Shown here in pieces: positions 27,691 through 36,966 of a stretch of 64,000 bases of DNA. Source of the stretch: Armatimonadota bacterium. GTDB lineage: Bacteria > Armatimonadota > UBA5829. The translations under genes and the position numbers were made by a program. The stretch's first letter is position 1; every line of letters begins with the position of its first letter. Location: assembly GCA_012522575.1 (NCBI GenBank), contig JAAYKE010000028.1:575-64574 (forward strand). Direction: 5' to 3'. The notes beneath the pieces were generated by a model, which was not told the origin of the DNA, did no database searches, and was given only the letters and a program-made list of their open reading frames with translations.

Positions 27691-30600
27691 ATGAGACGGT
27701 TACAAGCAAGACTTGTTTTACTTTTTTGCGTAGTATTACTTACAGTATTTGCGGTCACGGCGCTGCAGGCCAGCGTGGTGGCCGTTCGTTTTTATGCACA
27801 CGGGGATCTCACTGCGGTCAATCGAGCAGTATCCAATGATGTTGCGGCTGCCGAGGCGGCAGTGCGTGCATTGGTTGCAGGGCCATTTGTGGAAGAGAGC
27901 GCGGTAGGCATCTATTCCCAAATCCCGGCTGGAACTAAAATCAAGAAGCTATCGATAGCGGGCAGCGCTGCGGAGATCGATCTCTCTTCAGAGATTCTGA
28001 CCGGCCTGGATGAAGAGAAATTGACCGACATCTTCAACCAGTTCCGCTCCACTGCCGGCGATTTTCCATCCATTACCTCAATCAAACTCACCTGTAATGG
28101 CAAGATTCTGTCTTCATATCTGCCCTCCGCTCCCGATATTGGAGAGCCTGCGCCGCCACTGATCAAGGGCAATGCGGTTGGCCTGAGCGGCAAGTATATC
28201 TGCGTTGGGCCATCGCATGGTCGCTTCTGGAACGGCAGCGGCTGGTATTGGCAGCGCTCTGACCCATGCGGGCTCGGCGAAGCCATTCTGGAGGACACCA
28301 ACAGCATCAGGCTGGTTCAGTATTTGAAGCAGTATGTTACTCAGGACAGCGGGATATTTGCCAGCGCGAGGGAGTTGGATGAAAGCAAATGCTGCCATCC
28401 CAGTACCGGTTTGGCCTGGTGGAAAATGTGTTCACAGTCGTATTTGCGCAATGCCGGCGTGCCCTGTTCCGTATGGGCGAGCTACACAGGCAACTGCGGC
28501 GCGGATAATGCTGCAGGCCGCAGCAGTGATGATATTCGCTGCAGACCTCTCTACGCGGACTGGCTGGGTTATCATATCTACATCGCCATGCACACCAACG
28601 CTGGCGGAGGAACCGGTACCGAGACTTTCTATGATGCAGCGATGGAAAAACCGGCCCACGTTACCAACAGCTATAACCTGGCCAACGCTGTAAATAATGG
28701 AATGGTCAACACCATCCGCAACACTTTCCCCGGCGAGTCGGGCTGGGCTAACAGAGGTGTCAAGAATGGGAACGGCGCCTACGGCGAAATTCGCATTCCC
28801 AACCGACCTGCAATCCTCGTTGAGTTGGGTTTCCACGACCATTGCACAAGGGATGCCGTCTACCTGACAAACGACTTCTTCCGTTCGGTCGCTATGTGGG
28901 GAGCTTACAGCGGGATCTGTGCATACTTCGGCAACACTCCGACCTGGGGCAAATATTCCTGCGAACTTGTCTCAAACACAATTCCATCCACAATGACCAC
29001 AGGCCAGACCTACAGCGCGACTATCACCTACCGCAACCGCGGCGTGGTCTGGATGAGCGCATATAACTTCAAGGTTGGCGCAGTATCAGCCAACGACCCT
29101 CTGATGACTACTCGGCTTTATCCCGTTTCCGGAACGATCAAGCCGGGCAGCAACGCAACTTTCACAATTTCCCTGAAGGCTCCGGCTACCGCAGGGACCT
29201 ATACCACCCAGTGGCAGATGATTCGTGAAGGTTACGAGTGGTTCGGTCCAACGCTTACGAAAAGCGTCACCGTCGTTGCTGCTACCGGCAACATCACCGG
29301 CACAGTTCGCAACGCTGCCGACAACAGCGTTATTTCGGGCGCAACAGTGGCGGTAACAGGCGGTTCATCGGCGACAACAAACGCCTCTGGAGTATACACA
29401 ATCAGCGGCGTCAATCCCGGAACATACACGCTTACTGTAAGCAGGACTGATTTTGTTACACAAACTGCGTCCGTTTCAGTGACCGCAGGAGCGACAACCA
29501 CCAAAGACTTCTCACTGCTGTCGTCTCTTCCTCCGACCGGCGCTATAAAGATCAACGCCGACGCCGAGTATACCAACAACTCCGCAGTGACACTGACCCT
29601 ATCCTCGCCGGATGCTGTTCAGATGCAGTTCAAAAACGAATCTGGTGACTGGAGCGCGTGGGAGAATTATGCGGCGACAAAGGCGTGGAACCTGAGCGCT
29701 GATGACGGCACAAAGACTGTCTTCGTTAAGTATAAGAGCGCCGCCAACATTGAATCCACTGCCACAATCAGCGCCACAATAGTCCTTGATACCACTCCGC
29801 CCACCGGCGCTCTTGAGATCAATTCAAACGCACAATACACCAATGCCGTGGGTGTGACGCTTACGCCATCATCGTCAGACGCCGCTCAGATGCAGTTCAA
29901 AAACGAATCCGGCGATTGGAGTGTGTGGGAGACTTACGCGACTGCCAAGGCCTGGTCTATTACGGCGGGCGATGGGACAAAAACAGTCTATGCCAGGTTC
30001 AAAGATGTTGCCGGCAACGTATCTACTGATACCATCAGCGCAACAATCACCCTCGACATAGTGCCTCCGACAGGCGCTATGGTCATCAATTCAGATGACA
30101 TCTACGCAAACTCCACATCCGTTATATTGACGTTGTCATCTCCGGATGCAGCTCAAATGCAGTTCAAAAACGAGTCGGGTTCCTGGAGCGCGTGGGAAGC
30201 CTATGCCACTAGCGCATCTTGGACTATGAGCGCTGGTGACGGTACAAAAACCGTATTCGTGCAGTTCAAAGACGCTGCGGGCAATGTATCCACTGGTACA
30301 ATTAGTGACAATATAATTCTGGACACAGTTCCGCCAACAGGCTCTATCGTTATCAATAGTCACGCCATATACGCTGTTGATGCAGATGTAACATTGGCTC
30401 TGTCTTCGCCGGATGCGGTTCAGATGCAGTTCAAAAACGACTCTGGCGAATGGAGTGCGTGGGAGAACTATGCCACCAGTAAGGCGTGGACCTTGAGCGC
30501 CGATGACGGGACAAAAACTGTCTATGTCCAGTTCAAAGACATCGCAGGCAACGTCTCCGTTGACACGATAAGCGACACCATAATTCTTGACACCACCCCG

Positions 30601-33078
30601 CCTACCGGCGCTTTGGTTATAAACTCAGGCGCGCAATACACCAACAGCCAGGCGGCGACTCTGACCCTGTCCTCTACGGATGCGGCTCAGATGCAGTTCA
30701 AGAACGAGTCCGGCCCGTGGACAGCCTGGGAGACCTACGCCACGAGCAAGCCCTGGACACTCAGTTCGGTCGACGGGGTGAAAACAGTATTCGTTCGATT
30801 TAAGGACGAAGCAGGCAATGTCACTACTGAGACAATCAGCGCCGACATAACCCTGGACACAGTTCCGCCGACTGGCGCAATAGAGATCAACGGCGGCGCT
30901 AACTATACCAATAACCAGTCGGTCACTCTCGCCCTGTCATCAGCAGATGCCGTTCAGATGCGATTCAAAAACGAGAATGGCGCGTGGAGCGAATGGGAGA
31001 CCTACTCTGCGACCAGGTCGTGGACGCTGAGCGCAGGCGAAGGCGTAAAAACTGTTACCGTTCAGTATAAAGATGCGGCGGGCAACGTCTCTGTTGGAGT
31101 AATAAGCGACTCTATAATCTTCGACATCACCCCGCCCACCGGCTCGATATTGATCAATTCCGGCAATGCCTACGCCAATAACCAGTCGGTCACTCTCACA
31201 CTGTCATCTCCGGATGCGGCTCAGATGCAGTTCAAGAACGAGACTGGTGATTGGAGCGAATGGCAGACCTATTCGACTGCCAAAGCCTGGACTCTGACCG
31301 GCGGCGAGGGAACTAAGACCGTCAGCGTCCGGTTCAAGGACGAGGCTGGCAACGTATCTGTCGGTGTGATCAGCGATACCATCATATTGGACACCATTCC
31401 GCCTACAGGCACAATCGTCATCAACGACGATGCAGTCTATTCCAACACTCTGACCGTTGACTTGGCCCTGTTCTCGGCAGACGCCGTGCAGATGCGATTC
31501 AAGAACGAGGTTGGCCTGTGGAGTGAATGGGAAGCCTACGCACAGACCAAAGAATGGGATCTTCGCACCGGCGACGGTCTAAAGACTGTTTACGTTGAAT
31601 ATATGGACATAGCCGGCAATACGTCCGGTGAATCCGTCAGCGACACTATCACCCTGGTCACAGTTCCTCCGTCGATCAACAGCGTGACTTCACCTGCTCT
31701 TACAAACAAGCAGCCGATCGCGGTCGATTACAACGTCTCCGAGGGCATCTGCGGCCTGAAGAAGGTCACGCTGTGGGCGAAGAAAGGCTCAGGCGGAAAC
31801 TGGACCAACACGGGTATGACTTCAACTAACCCAAGTGGTTACTTTAACTATATGCCCGATGGCGATGCGACTTACTACTTCGACATAGTAGTAGAAGATA
31901 TTGCCAACAACGTTTCCCAGACACCAGTCGGCGGCGGTCGAACCAGCACAAATTATGACGTCACTTCGCCGACCGGCACGATTCTCATCAACGGAGGCGC
32001 ACTCTACGCCAACAATGTATGGGTCACTCTGACGCTTTCGTCAGCAGATGCCTATCAGATGAGATTCAAAAACGAGTCAAGCTCTTGGGGAAGCTGGGAG
32101 TTCTACTCCACAACCAGGGTCTGGTCGCTGAGTTCCGGCGACGGCGTCAAGACCGTCTATGTTCAGTTCAGAGATGAAGCAGGCAACGTCTCTCTCAACA
32201 GAATCAGTGACGTAATTCTGGACACCACTCCGCCCACTGGCACTATCACAATCAACGGCGGAGCGATGTACACCAACAGCACATCCGTCACGCTTACTAT
32301 GTCTGCGTCGGATGCTGTCCAGATGCGCTTTAAGAACGAGACCGGTTCATGGACGTCCTGGGAAGCTTATGCGACCAGTAAGCAGTGGACCTTAAGCTCA
32401 GGTGATGGCCTCAAGACTGTCTATGTGCAGTTTATGGATATCGCGGGCAACGCCTCTTCGTCGAGGATCAGCGATATAATCCTTGATACCACACCTCCGA
32501 GCATATCCATAGGCTCTCCTTCCGTTGCGTCAACTACCAGCGGCCCTGTGACCTATCAAATCAACTTCACCGGAGCCAATGCGGTTACGCTGTCGGCTGC
32601 TGGTGTCGTTTTGAATACTACAGGCTCCGCAAACGCCGGCTCAGTGGCAGTGAGCGGATCCGGCACGGCCAGTCGATTAGTGACTCTGTCCGATATAACC
32701 GGCAGCGGCGCGATCGGTATCTCCATCGTGGCTGGAGCAGCCAGCGATATTGCCGGCAACCTGTCGCCTGGCGTCGGCCCTGGAGCCACTTTCGATGTGT
32801 TGAACGTGCTCCATTCCTACGGCTTAAGTAACAAGGCGGCCTGGGATCCGATTATTAAAACCGCATCGTACAACCAGTTGTTTACGATTTGGGGCAGGGT
32901 TATCTCTCCGGTGGACGACAACAGCTTCGAGATCGATGACGGCTCCGGTATGCCCATAAAGGTTATGCTTTCCGGCCACGGGTTTAGCACTGCTGACTAT
33001 GTTTCGGTGACGGGTTCTCTCGATGTCAGCGGACCTGCGCCGGTTATGAATGCTATATCGGTGAATAAACAAAACTGA
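27691..33078 (+). CDS. Giant secreted multidomain protein (1795 aa): signal peptide, GerMN/Gmad2-like N-domain (tentative), Amidase_3 (MurNAc-L-Ala amidase), 10 tandem ~90-aa Ig-like repeats with one unrelated inserted domain, and a C-terminal OB-fold-like module shared with the upstream giant protein
   Basis: The Amidase_3 pattern is ICVGPSHG...YIAMHTNAGGGTGTETFY...NRPAILVELGFHDH. The repeat unit is PPTGAIxINxxAxYTNxxxVTLTLSSPDAxQMQFKNESGxWSxWExYATxKxWxLSxGDGTKTVxVxFKDxAGNVS. The C-terminus reads LFTIWGRVISPVDDNSFEIDDGSGMPIKV. A strong RBS (aaggtggggg) precedes the ATG at 27691. Confidence 0.85.
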   Translation: MRRLQARLVLLFCVVLLTVFAVTALQASVVAVRFYAHGDLTAVNRAVSNDVAAAEAAVRALVAGPFVEESAVGIYSQIPAGTKIKKLSIAGSAAEIDLSSEILTGLDEEKLTDIFNQFRSTAGDFPSITSIKLTCNGKILSSYLPSAPDIGEPAPPLIKGNAVGLSGKYICVGPSHGRFWNGSGWYWQRSDPCGLGEAILEDTNSIRLVQYLKQYVTQDSGIFASARELDESKCCHPSTGLAWWKMCSQSYLRNAGVPCSVWASYTGNCGADNAAGRSSDDIRCRPLYADWLGYHIYIAMHTNAGGGTGTETFYDAAMEKPAHVTNSYNLANAVNNGMVNTIRNTFPGESGWANRGVKNGNGAYGEIRIPNRPAILVELGFHDHCTRDAVYLTNDFFRSVAMWGAYSGICAYFGNTPTWGKYSCELVSNTIPSTMTTGQTYSATITYRNRGVVWMSAYNFKVGAVSANDPLMTTRLYPVSGTIKPGSNATFTISLKAPATAGTYTTQWQMIREGYEWFGPTLTKSVTVVAATGNITGTVRNAADNSVISGATVAVTGGSSATTNASGVYTISGVNPGTYTLTVSRTDFVTQTASVSVTAGATTTKDFSLLSSLPPTGAIKINADAEYTNNSAVTLTLSSPDAVQMQFKNESGDWSAWENYAATKAWNLSADDGTKTVFVKYKSAANIESTATISATIVLDTTPPTGALEINSNAQYTNAVGVTLTPSSSDAAQMQFKNESGDWSVWETYATAKAWSITAGDGTKTVYARFKDVAGNVSTDTISATITLDIVPPTGAMVINSDDIYANSTSVILTLSSPDAAQMQFKNESGSWSAWEAYATSASWTMSAGDGTKTVFVQFKDAAGNVSTGTISDNIILDTVPPTGSIVINSHAIYAVDADVTLALSSPDAVQMQFKNDSGEWSAWENYATSKAWTLSADDGTKTVYVQFKDIAGNVSVDTISDTIILDTTPPTGALVINSGAQYTNSQAATLTLSSTDAAQMQFKNESGPWTAWETYATSKPWTLSSVDGVKTVFVRFKDEAGNVTTETISADITLDTVPPTGAIEINGGANYTNNQSVTLALSSADAVQMRFKNENGAWSEWETYSATRSWTLSAGEGVKTVTVQYKDAAGNVSVGVISDSIIFDITPPTGSILINSGNAYANNQSVTLTLSSPDAAQMQFKNETGDWSEWQTYSTAKAWTLTGGEGTKTVSVRFKDEAGNVSVGVISDTIILDTIPPTGTIVINDDAVYSNTLTVDLALFSADAVQMRFKNEVGLWSEWEAYAQTKEWDLRTGDGLKTVYVEYMDIAGNTSGESVSDTITLVTVPPSINSVTSPALTNKQPIAVDYNVSEGICGLKKVTLWAKKGSGGNWTNTGMTSTNPSGYFNYMPDGDATYYFDIVVEDIANNVSQTPVGGGRTSTNYDVTSPTGTILINGGALYANNVWVTLTLSSADAYQMRFKNESSSWGSWEFYSTTRVWSLSSGDGVKTVYVQFRDEAGNVSLNRISDVILDTTPPTGTITINGGAMYTNSTSVTLTMSASDAVQMRFKNETGSWTSWEAYATSKQWTLSSGDGLKTVYVQFMDIAGNASSSRISDIILDTTPPSISIGSPSVASTTSGPVTYQINFTGANAVTLSAAGVVLNTTGSANAGSVAVSGSGTASRLVTLSDITGSGAIGISIVAGAASDIAGNLSPGVGPGATFDVLNVLHSYGLSNKAAWDPIIKTASYNQLFTIWGRVISPVDDNSFEIDDGSGMPIKVMLSGHGFSTADYVSVTGSLDVSGPAPVMNAISVNKQN
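29530..32490 (+). repeat. Coding tandem repeat array: 8 consecutive ~270-273-bp units (29530-31660), then 2 more (31962-32490) after a ~300-bp unrelated insert
   Basis: Units begin with cc(t/g)ccgac(c/a)ggc and share the conserved core gatgc(g/t)g(c/t)tcagatgcagttcaa(a/g)aacga. By eye, nucleotide identity between units is ~80-85 percent. Confidence 0.85.
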
Positions 33079-33096
33079 AAACTGAGTGATAGATTC

Positions 33097-33128
33097 GGCC
33101 CGCTTCTGACCCAGCAGCGGGCTTTTTT
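33097..33128 (+). terminator. Rho-independent terminator after giant protein 2
   Basis: Stem gcccgct/agcgggc with an 11-nt loop, followed by tttttt. Confidence 0.85.
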
Positions 33129-33201
33129 GCCTTCTCGTCAAAAAGGACAAATTCTGCTATAATTCGAACAATACTGCTTATAGTTGAAAAGGAGGGCTGG
33201 T

Positions 33202-33981
33202 TTGGCTAACAGAAAGATCGGAGTTACATCTACTTCATTCGCAATGCCCTTTGATGAGATGCTTCCTCTGGCAAAGAGAATGGGCATCAAGGGCGTCCAG
33301 CTTTGGTGCGCCCACGGCGAACACGACGCTAAAATGCTGTCAAAGGATGACAGGCTGCAGTTGTTGGACAAAATCCATTCTCACGGCATGGTAGTGACGG
33401 CTCTATGCGCTGAGGTTGGGGGTTTCACGAACCCTGATACTGTCGAGGCAAACCTGGAGACGGCCAAGGCGGTGGTTGATATGGCCGTGGATATGGATGT
33501 CTACGTCATATCCGGTCATATTGGCGTAATCTCAGATAATCCGAACGATCCCGGCAGGCTTTGCATGAACCAGGCAATGATAGATTTTGGCGACTATTGC
33601 GAGCAAAGAGGCAAAGTCTACGCCAGCGAGACCGGGCCGGAGTCGATCGAACTAATGCGCGAGTTCATAGATGCGCTTCCAAATAAAGGGATCAAGCTTA
33701 ACTACGACCCTGCCAATCTCATTATGAAAGGGATTAATCCGGTCAAGGGCGTGCTGGTCGGCAGGGAGCTGATTGTCCATACCCACGTAAAAGACGGCGT
33801 GCGATATATGGACGGCTCCGCAGAAGAGGTCCCCGTAGGCACGGGTCAGGTTCCTTTCGGGGAGTGGTTCGCGGTGCTTGACGCTGTCGGTTATGATGGC
33901 TTTTTCACCATCGAGCGCGAAGTGGGAGCCAATCGAGTTGCCGACATCAAAGGCGCAATTGAAGTTATAAGGTCGCAGTAA
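33202..33981 (+). CDS. Sugar phosphate isomerase/epimerase (xylose-isomerase-like TIM barrel)
   Basis: QLWCAHGEHDAK...; ...NYDPANLIMKGINP...VHTHVKDG.. is a metal-binding His/Asp/Glu pattern of the AP_endonuc_2/TIM-barrel family. TTG at 33202 follows the RBS aaaggaggg (the ORF-track start is TTG at 33184). Confidence 0.75.
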   Translation: MANRKIGVTSTSFAMPFDEMLPLAKRMGIKGVQLWCAHGEHDAKMLSKDDRLQLLDKIHSHGMVVTALCAEVGGFTNPDTVEANLETAKAVVDMAVDMDVYVISGHIGVISDNPNDPGRLCMNQAMIDFGDYCEQRGKVYASETGPESIELMREFIDALPNKGIKLNYDPANLIMKGINPVKGVLVGRELIVHTHVKDGVRYMDGSAEEVPVGTGQVPFGEWFAVLDAVGYDGFFTIEREVGANRVADIKGAIEVIRSQ

Positions 33982-34138
33982 CTCGCGCATATATCGCGTT
34001 TAACGTCCATCTATTTTGCTTTTTATGGTGACTGTCAAAAAATGTCAGTCACATCGAACAGCGAATCCTGATTTCAGAAAAGCAGGAGAAGAATTATACG
34101 CAGTAATTGGCCGATCCGATTTCAAATAAGCAGTACAG

Positions 34139-34181
34139 TAAAGAGGCCGCCCTTTTGAGGCAGCCTCTTTTATTTTATTAC
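34139..34181. terminator. Bidirectional terminator between the convergent genes
   Basis: Stem aagaggc/gcctctt, T-rich on both flanks (tttattttatt / tttact). Confidence 0.7.
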
Positions 34182-34195
34182 AGATCAATTTCTAG

Positions 34196-34879
34196 CTACT
34201 GACGTCGGAATCTTCTGATAACGCCCAATCCCGTCAACCCGGTTAACAGCGATAGAATCGCCGGTGCGTTCGGCACATACGGCCCTCGCACGATTCCGGT
34301 CAATGTTTGCGGATCATCGACTCCTGCATAAACGACGCCTGCATTTGCACTGGTGGTTACTCCAATGCTGCTAAGCGCCCATAATCCGCCCACGGTCTCA
34401 CCCGGAAGCAAGCCGGGCCAATCTGTGCTAACCCATTTCCAGGCCGGAGGATTGCCGGAGTCGTAGTCTACATGCCAATCAGCCAAAGTCTGCCGCGAAG
34501 TCGTGATCAAATCCGGCGCGATAGACCAGTTTGCGCTAAACTGCGTGATTCCCCAATCCTCAAGATCAAGTGAATCTCCTACTCTAAGGTTCGATACGCT
34601 GTATACATACAGGTATCCGGTGTGCAGACCATCCCCATTGCGCTGAAGCATAGCAGCGGATTGAGCAAGGTCATAGACCGTCTGCTGGACTCTCAAGCGC
34701 AGAGTGCCCGCAGCAGCCATCTGTGCAAGCCAGTCACCGTCAGGGTTAAACATTGTCTCGATACCATATTCACCGACATACCAATACGCTTCCTCTTCAC
34801 TAAGTATGTCGGCTGCCAGCGCCGTTGCACACAAAATAAGCGCTGCGCCGATCAGCCCAATTGCACGGAGATTTTTCAT
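34196..34879 (-). CDS. Secreted protein with a PEP-CTERM-like C-terminal sorting signal (tentative)
   Basis: An N-terminal signal peptide (MKNLRAIGLIGAALILCATALA). The C-terminus VPNAPAILSLLTGLTGLGVIRRFRRQ is a Pro-containing motif followed by a hydrophobic helix and an Arg-rich tail. A strong RBS (ggagaggac) is present. Confidence 0.55.
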   Translation of the reverse strand: MKNLRAIGLIGAALILCATALAADILSEEEAYWYVGEYGIETMFNPDGDWLAQMAAAGTLRLRVQQTVYDLAQSAAMLQRNGDGLHTGYLYVYSVSNLRVGDSLDLEDWGITQFSANWSIAPDLITTSRQTLADWHVDYDSGNPPAWKWVSTDWPGLLPGETVGGLWALSSIGVTTSANAGVVYAGVDDPQTLTGIVRGPYVPNAPAILSLLTGLTGLGVIRRFRRQ

Positions 34880-35163
34880 AATCCTGTCCTCTCCCAAAGG
34901 CGTACTTTAACTACAGTCCTCGCCTTAGTTAAAATAAGCACTGTTAGAATTACCATGTTTCAACGTGCAATTTTCGTGCCAACCGGCCGTCATGCGGGCT
35001 TATACCGGAGAAATATTACCAAAAATAAGGTTGGCATTATATGCTGACACTCATATCAAAAAACCTCTTGACCTGGCCGCAGGTATAGCTATAGAATATG
35101 TGGGCAGGGGTATTTTGCCCGGCATCCTCACATTAACCCCTCCCAGAGTAGGCAACAATAGTA

Positions 35164-36198
35164 ATGACTGAGTCTGTTGTACTGGTAACGATAATAATCA
35201 TAGTTGCGCTCATATTCGACTTTCTGAATGGTTTCCACGACGCAGCCAACTCAATAGCCACTGTAGTCGCAACAAAGGTGCTGTCGCCGTTTCAGGCAGT
35301 TTTGTGGGCGGCATTTTTCAATTTCGTTGCGCCGCTGGTTTTCGGAGTGCACGTCGCCGATACTGTTGCCAAAGTGGTCAATATGGATCAGCTTGGCGAT
35401 AACATGATATATGTGGTGCTGGCGGGTTTGGTCGGGGCGATTGCATGGAACATCATCACCTGGTATCTCGGCTTGCCAACGAGTTCATCTCATGCGCTGA
35501 TAGGCGGACTGGTGGGAGCAGGGTTGATGGCCGCCTATATCAGCCACAATTCCCTGGCCAACGTAATCAAATGGGCTACGATTGACTTGATAGTCATCTT
35601 TATAGTGCTTTCCCCGCTTATCGGATTGGCTATGGGCTTTCTGATTATGGTATCGGTGATGTGGATATTCCGCAATGCCGCGCCCCGTAGGATTGATTCA
35701 TGGTTCAGACGTTTGCAATTGGTGTCGGCGGCTGCCTACAGCCTTGGGCACGGCACAAACGACGCCCAGAAGACAATGGGTGTGATTGGGTTGCTGCTTG
35801 TGACTGCGGGGCATCTGCAGAGAATGCCCGGAGGGGATTTTCCTGTTCCGCTGTGGGTAAAACTGGTATGTGCTGCTGCGCTGGCGTTGGGGACTATGTC
35901 GGGCGGCTGGAGAATAGTCAAGACGATGGGCGTCGGCATAACAAAGCTCAAGCCGGTTGGAGGGTTCTGTGCGGAGACCGCAGGGGCTGCGACTATTATC
36001 GGAGCCTCACTCGCCGGAATCCCCGTCAGCACAACGCATACTATCACAGGTGCAATCGTCGGAGTTGGGGCGACGCATCGCCTGTCTGCGGTAAAATGGG
36101 GGGTGGCCGGTAGGATAGTCTGGGCCTGGATTATGACTATGCCTATGGCTGCGCTTATATCTGCGGGCACATATATGCTTGTTCATTACACTACGTAA
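35164..36198 (+). CDS. pit: Inorganic phosphate transporter, PiT family
   Basis: The PHO4 signature GFHDAANSIATVVATKVL and its internal repeat GHGTNDAQKTMGVI, with a multi-TM topology. Confidence 0.9.
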   Translation: MTESVVLVTIIIIVALIFDFLNGFHDAANSIATVVATKVLSPFQAVLWAAFFNFVAPLVFGVHVADTVAKVVNMDQLGDNMIYVVLAGLVGAIAWNIITWYLGLPTSSSHALIGGLVGAGLMAAYISHNSLANVIKWATIDLIVIFIVLSPLIGLAMGFLIMVSVMWIFRNAAPRRIDSWFRRLQLVSAAAYSLGHGTNDAQKTMGVIGLLLVTAGHLQRMPGGDFPVPLWVKLVCAAALALGTMSGGWRIVKTMGVGITKLKPVGGFCAETAGAATIIGASLAGIPVSTTHTITGAIVGVGATHRLSAVKWGVAGRIVWAWIMTMPMAALISAGTYMLVHYTT

Positions 36199-36233
36199 AC
36201 AATGTTCGATGATACGGAAATGGAGTCTGGAAA

Positions 36234-36860
36234 ATGCGCCTAAGATTAATTCCGAGAGAAGAAAAATTCTTTGATATGTTTGTACAGCAGGCAGAAAATG
36301 TGCTTGTCGGGGCCAAACAGCTCCAGGATTTGCTGGAGAACTACGTCGACCTTGATCAGAAAAGAATGTTGATCGAGAAAACCGAAAGCGTGGGTGATGA
36401 AATTGCGCACAGTATTTTGGAGAAACTCAACACCACTTTTATCACGCCTATGGATAGAGAAGATATTCACGAGTTGACGGCCGCTTTGGATGATATACTC
36501 GACCTGATTCACGCCACTGCCCAGAGGCTGCATCTGTATGGAGTGCGCGAAATCAGGCCGGATGCGGTCAAACTGTCCCATATCATTCTGCGTGCATCCG
36601 ATGAAATCGTCGAACTGATTAAAGACCTTGACAAGATGAAGAATCCAAAAGGAATGAAGGAACGATGGATCGAGGTCAACAGGCTGGAAAACGAGGGCGA
36701 TGCGGTCAGCCGCGCCGCTATAGCTGAGTTATTTGAAAAAGAAGCTAACCCAATAGAGGTGATAAAGTGGAAAGAACTCTACGAGCACCTCGAAACCGCT
36801 ATAGACAAATGCGAGGACGCCGCCAATATCGTCGAAGCGGTCTGCCTCAAAAATGCCTGA
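36234..36860 (+). CDS. DUF47/TIGR00153 family protein (PhoU-like regulator that pairs with PiT)
   Basis: 208 aa, helical, MRLRLIPREEKFFDMFVQQAENVLVGAKQLQDLLENY..., in the conserved pit-DUF47 gene pair. Confidence 0.85.
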   Translation: MRLRLIPREEKFFDMFVQQAENVLVGAKQLQDLLENYVDLDQKRMLIEKTESVGDEIAHSILEKLNTTFITPMDREDIHELTAALDDILDLIHATAQRLHLYGVREIRPDAVKLSHIILRASDEIVELIKDLDKMKNPKGMKERWIEVNRLENEGDAVSRAAIAELFEKEANPIEVIKWKELYEHLETAIDKCEDAANIVEAVCLKNA

Positions 36861-36966
36861 CCTTGATTTGTCCTTGCCGGCTGAGCAATAGTCGAGTATA
36901 CTGGAGTAGCATAGAGAGGGAATACCAACAATAAAGTCCCGTCTTCCCTAATATGGGAGATTCGAT

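Noticed and set aside
29530-32490. Regular ~270-bp periodic repeats considered as a CRISPR array
   Set aside because: The repeats are in-frame coding units of a single long ORF. The period is far longer than CRISPR repeat-plus-spacer, there are no unique spacers, and no cas genes are present.
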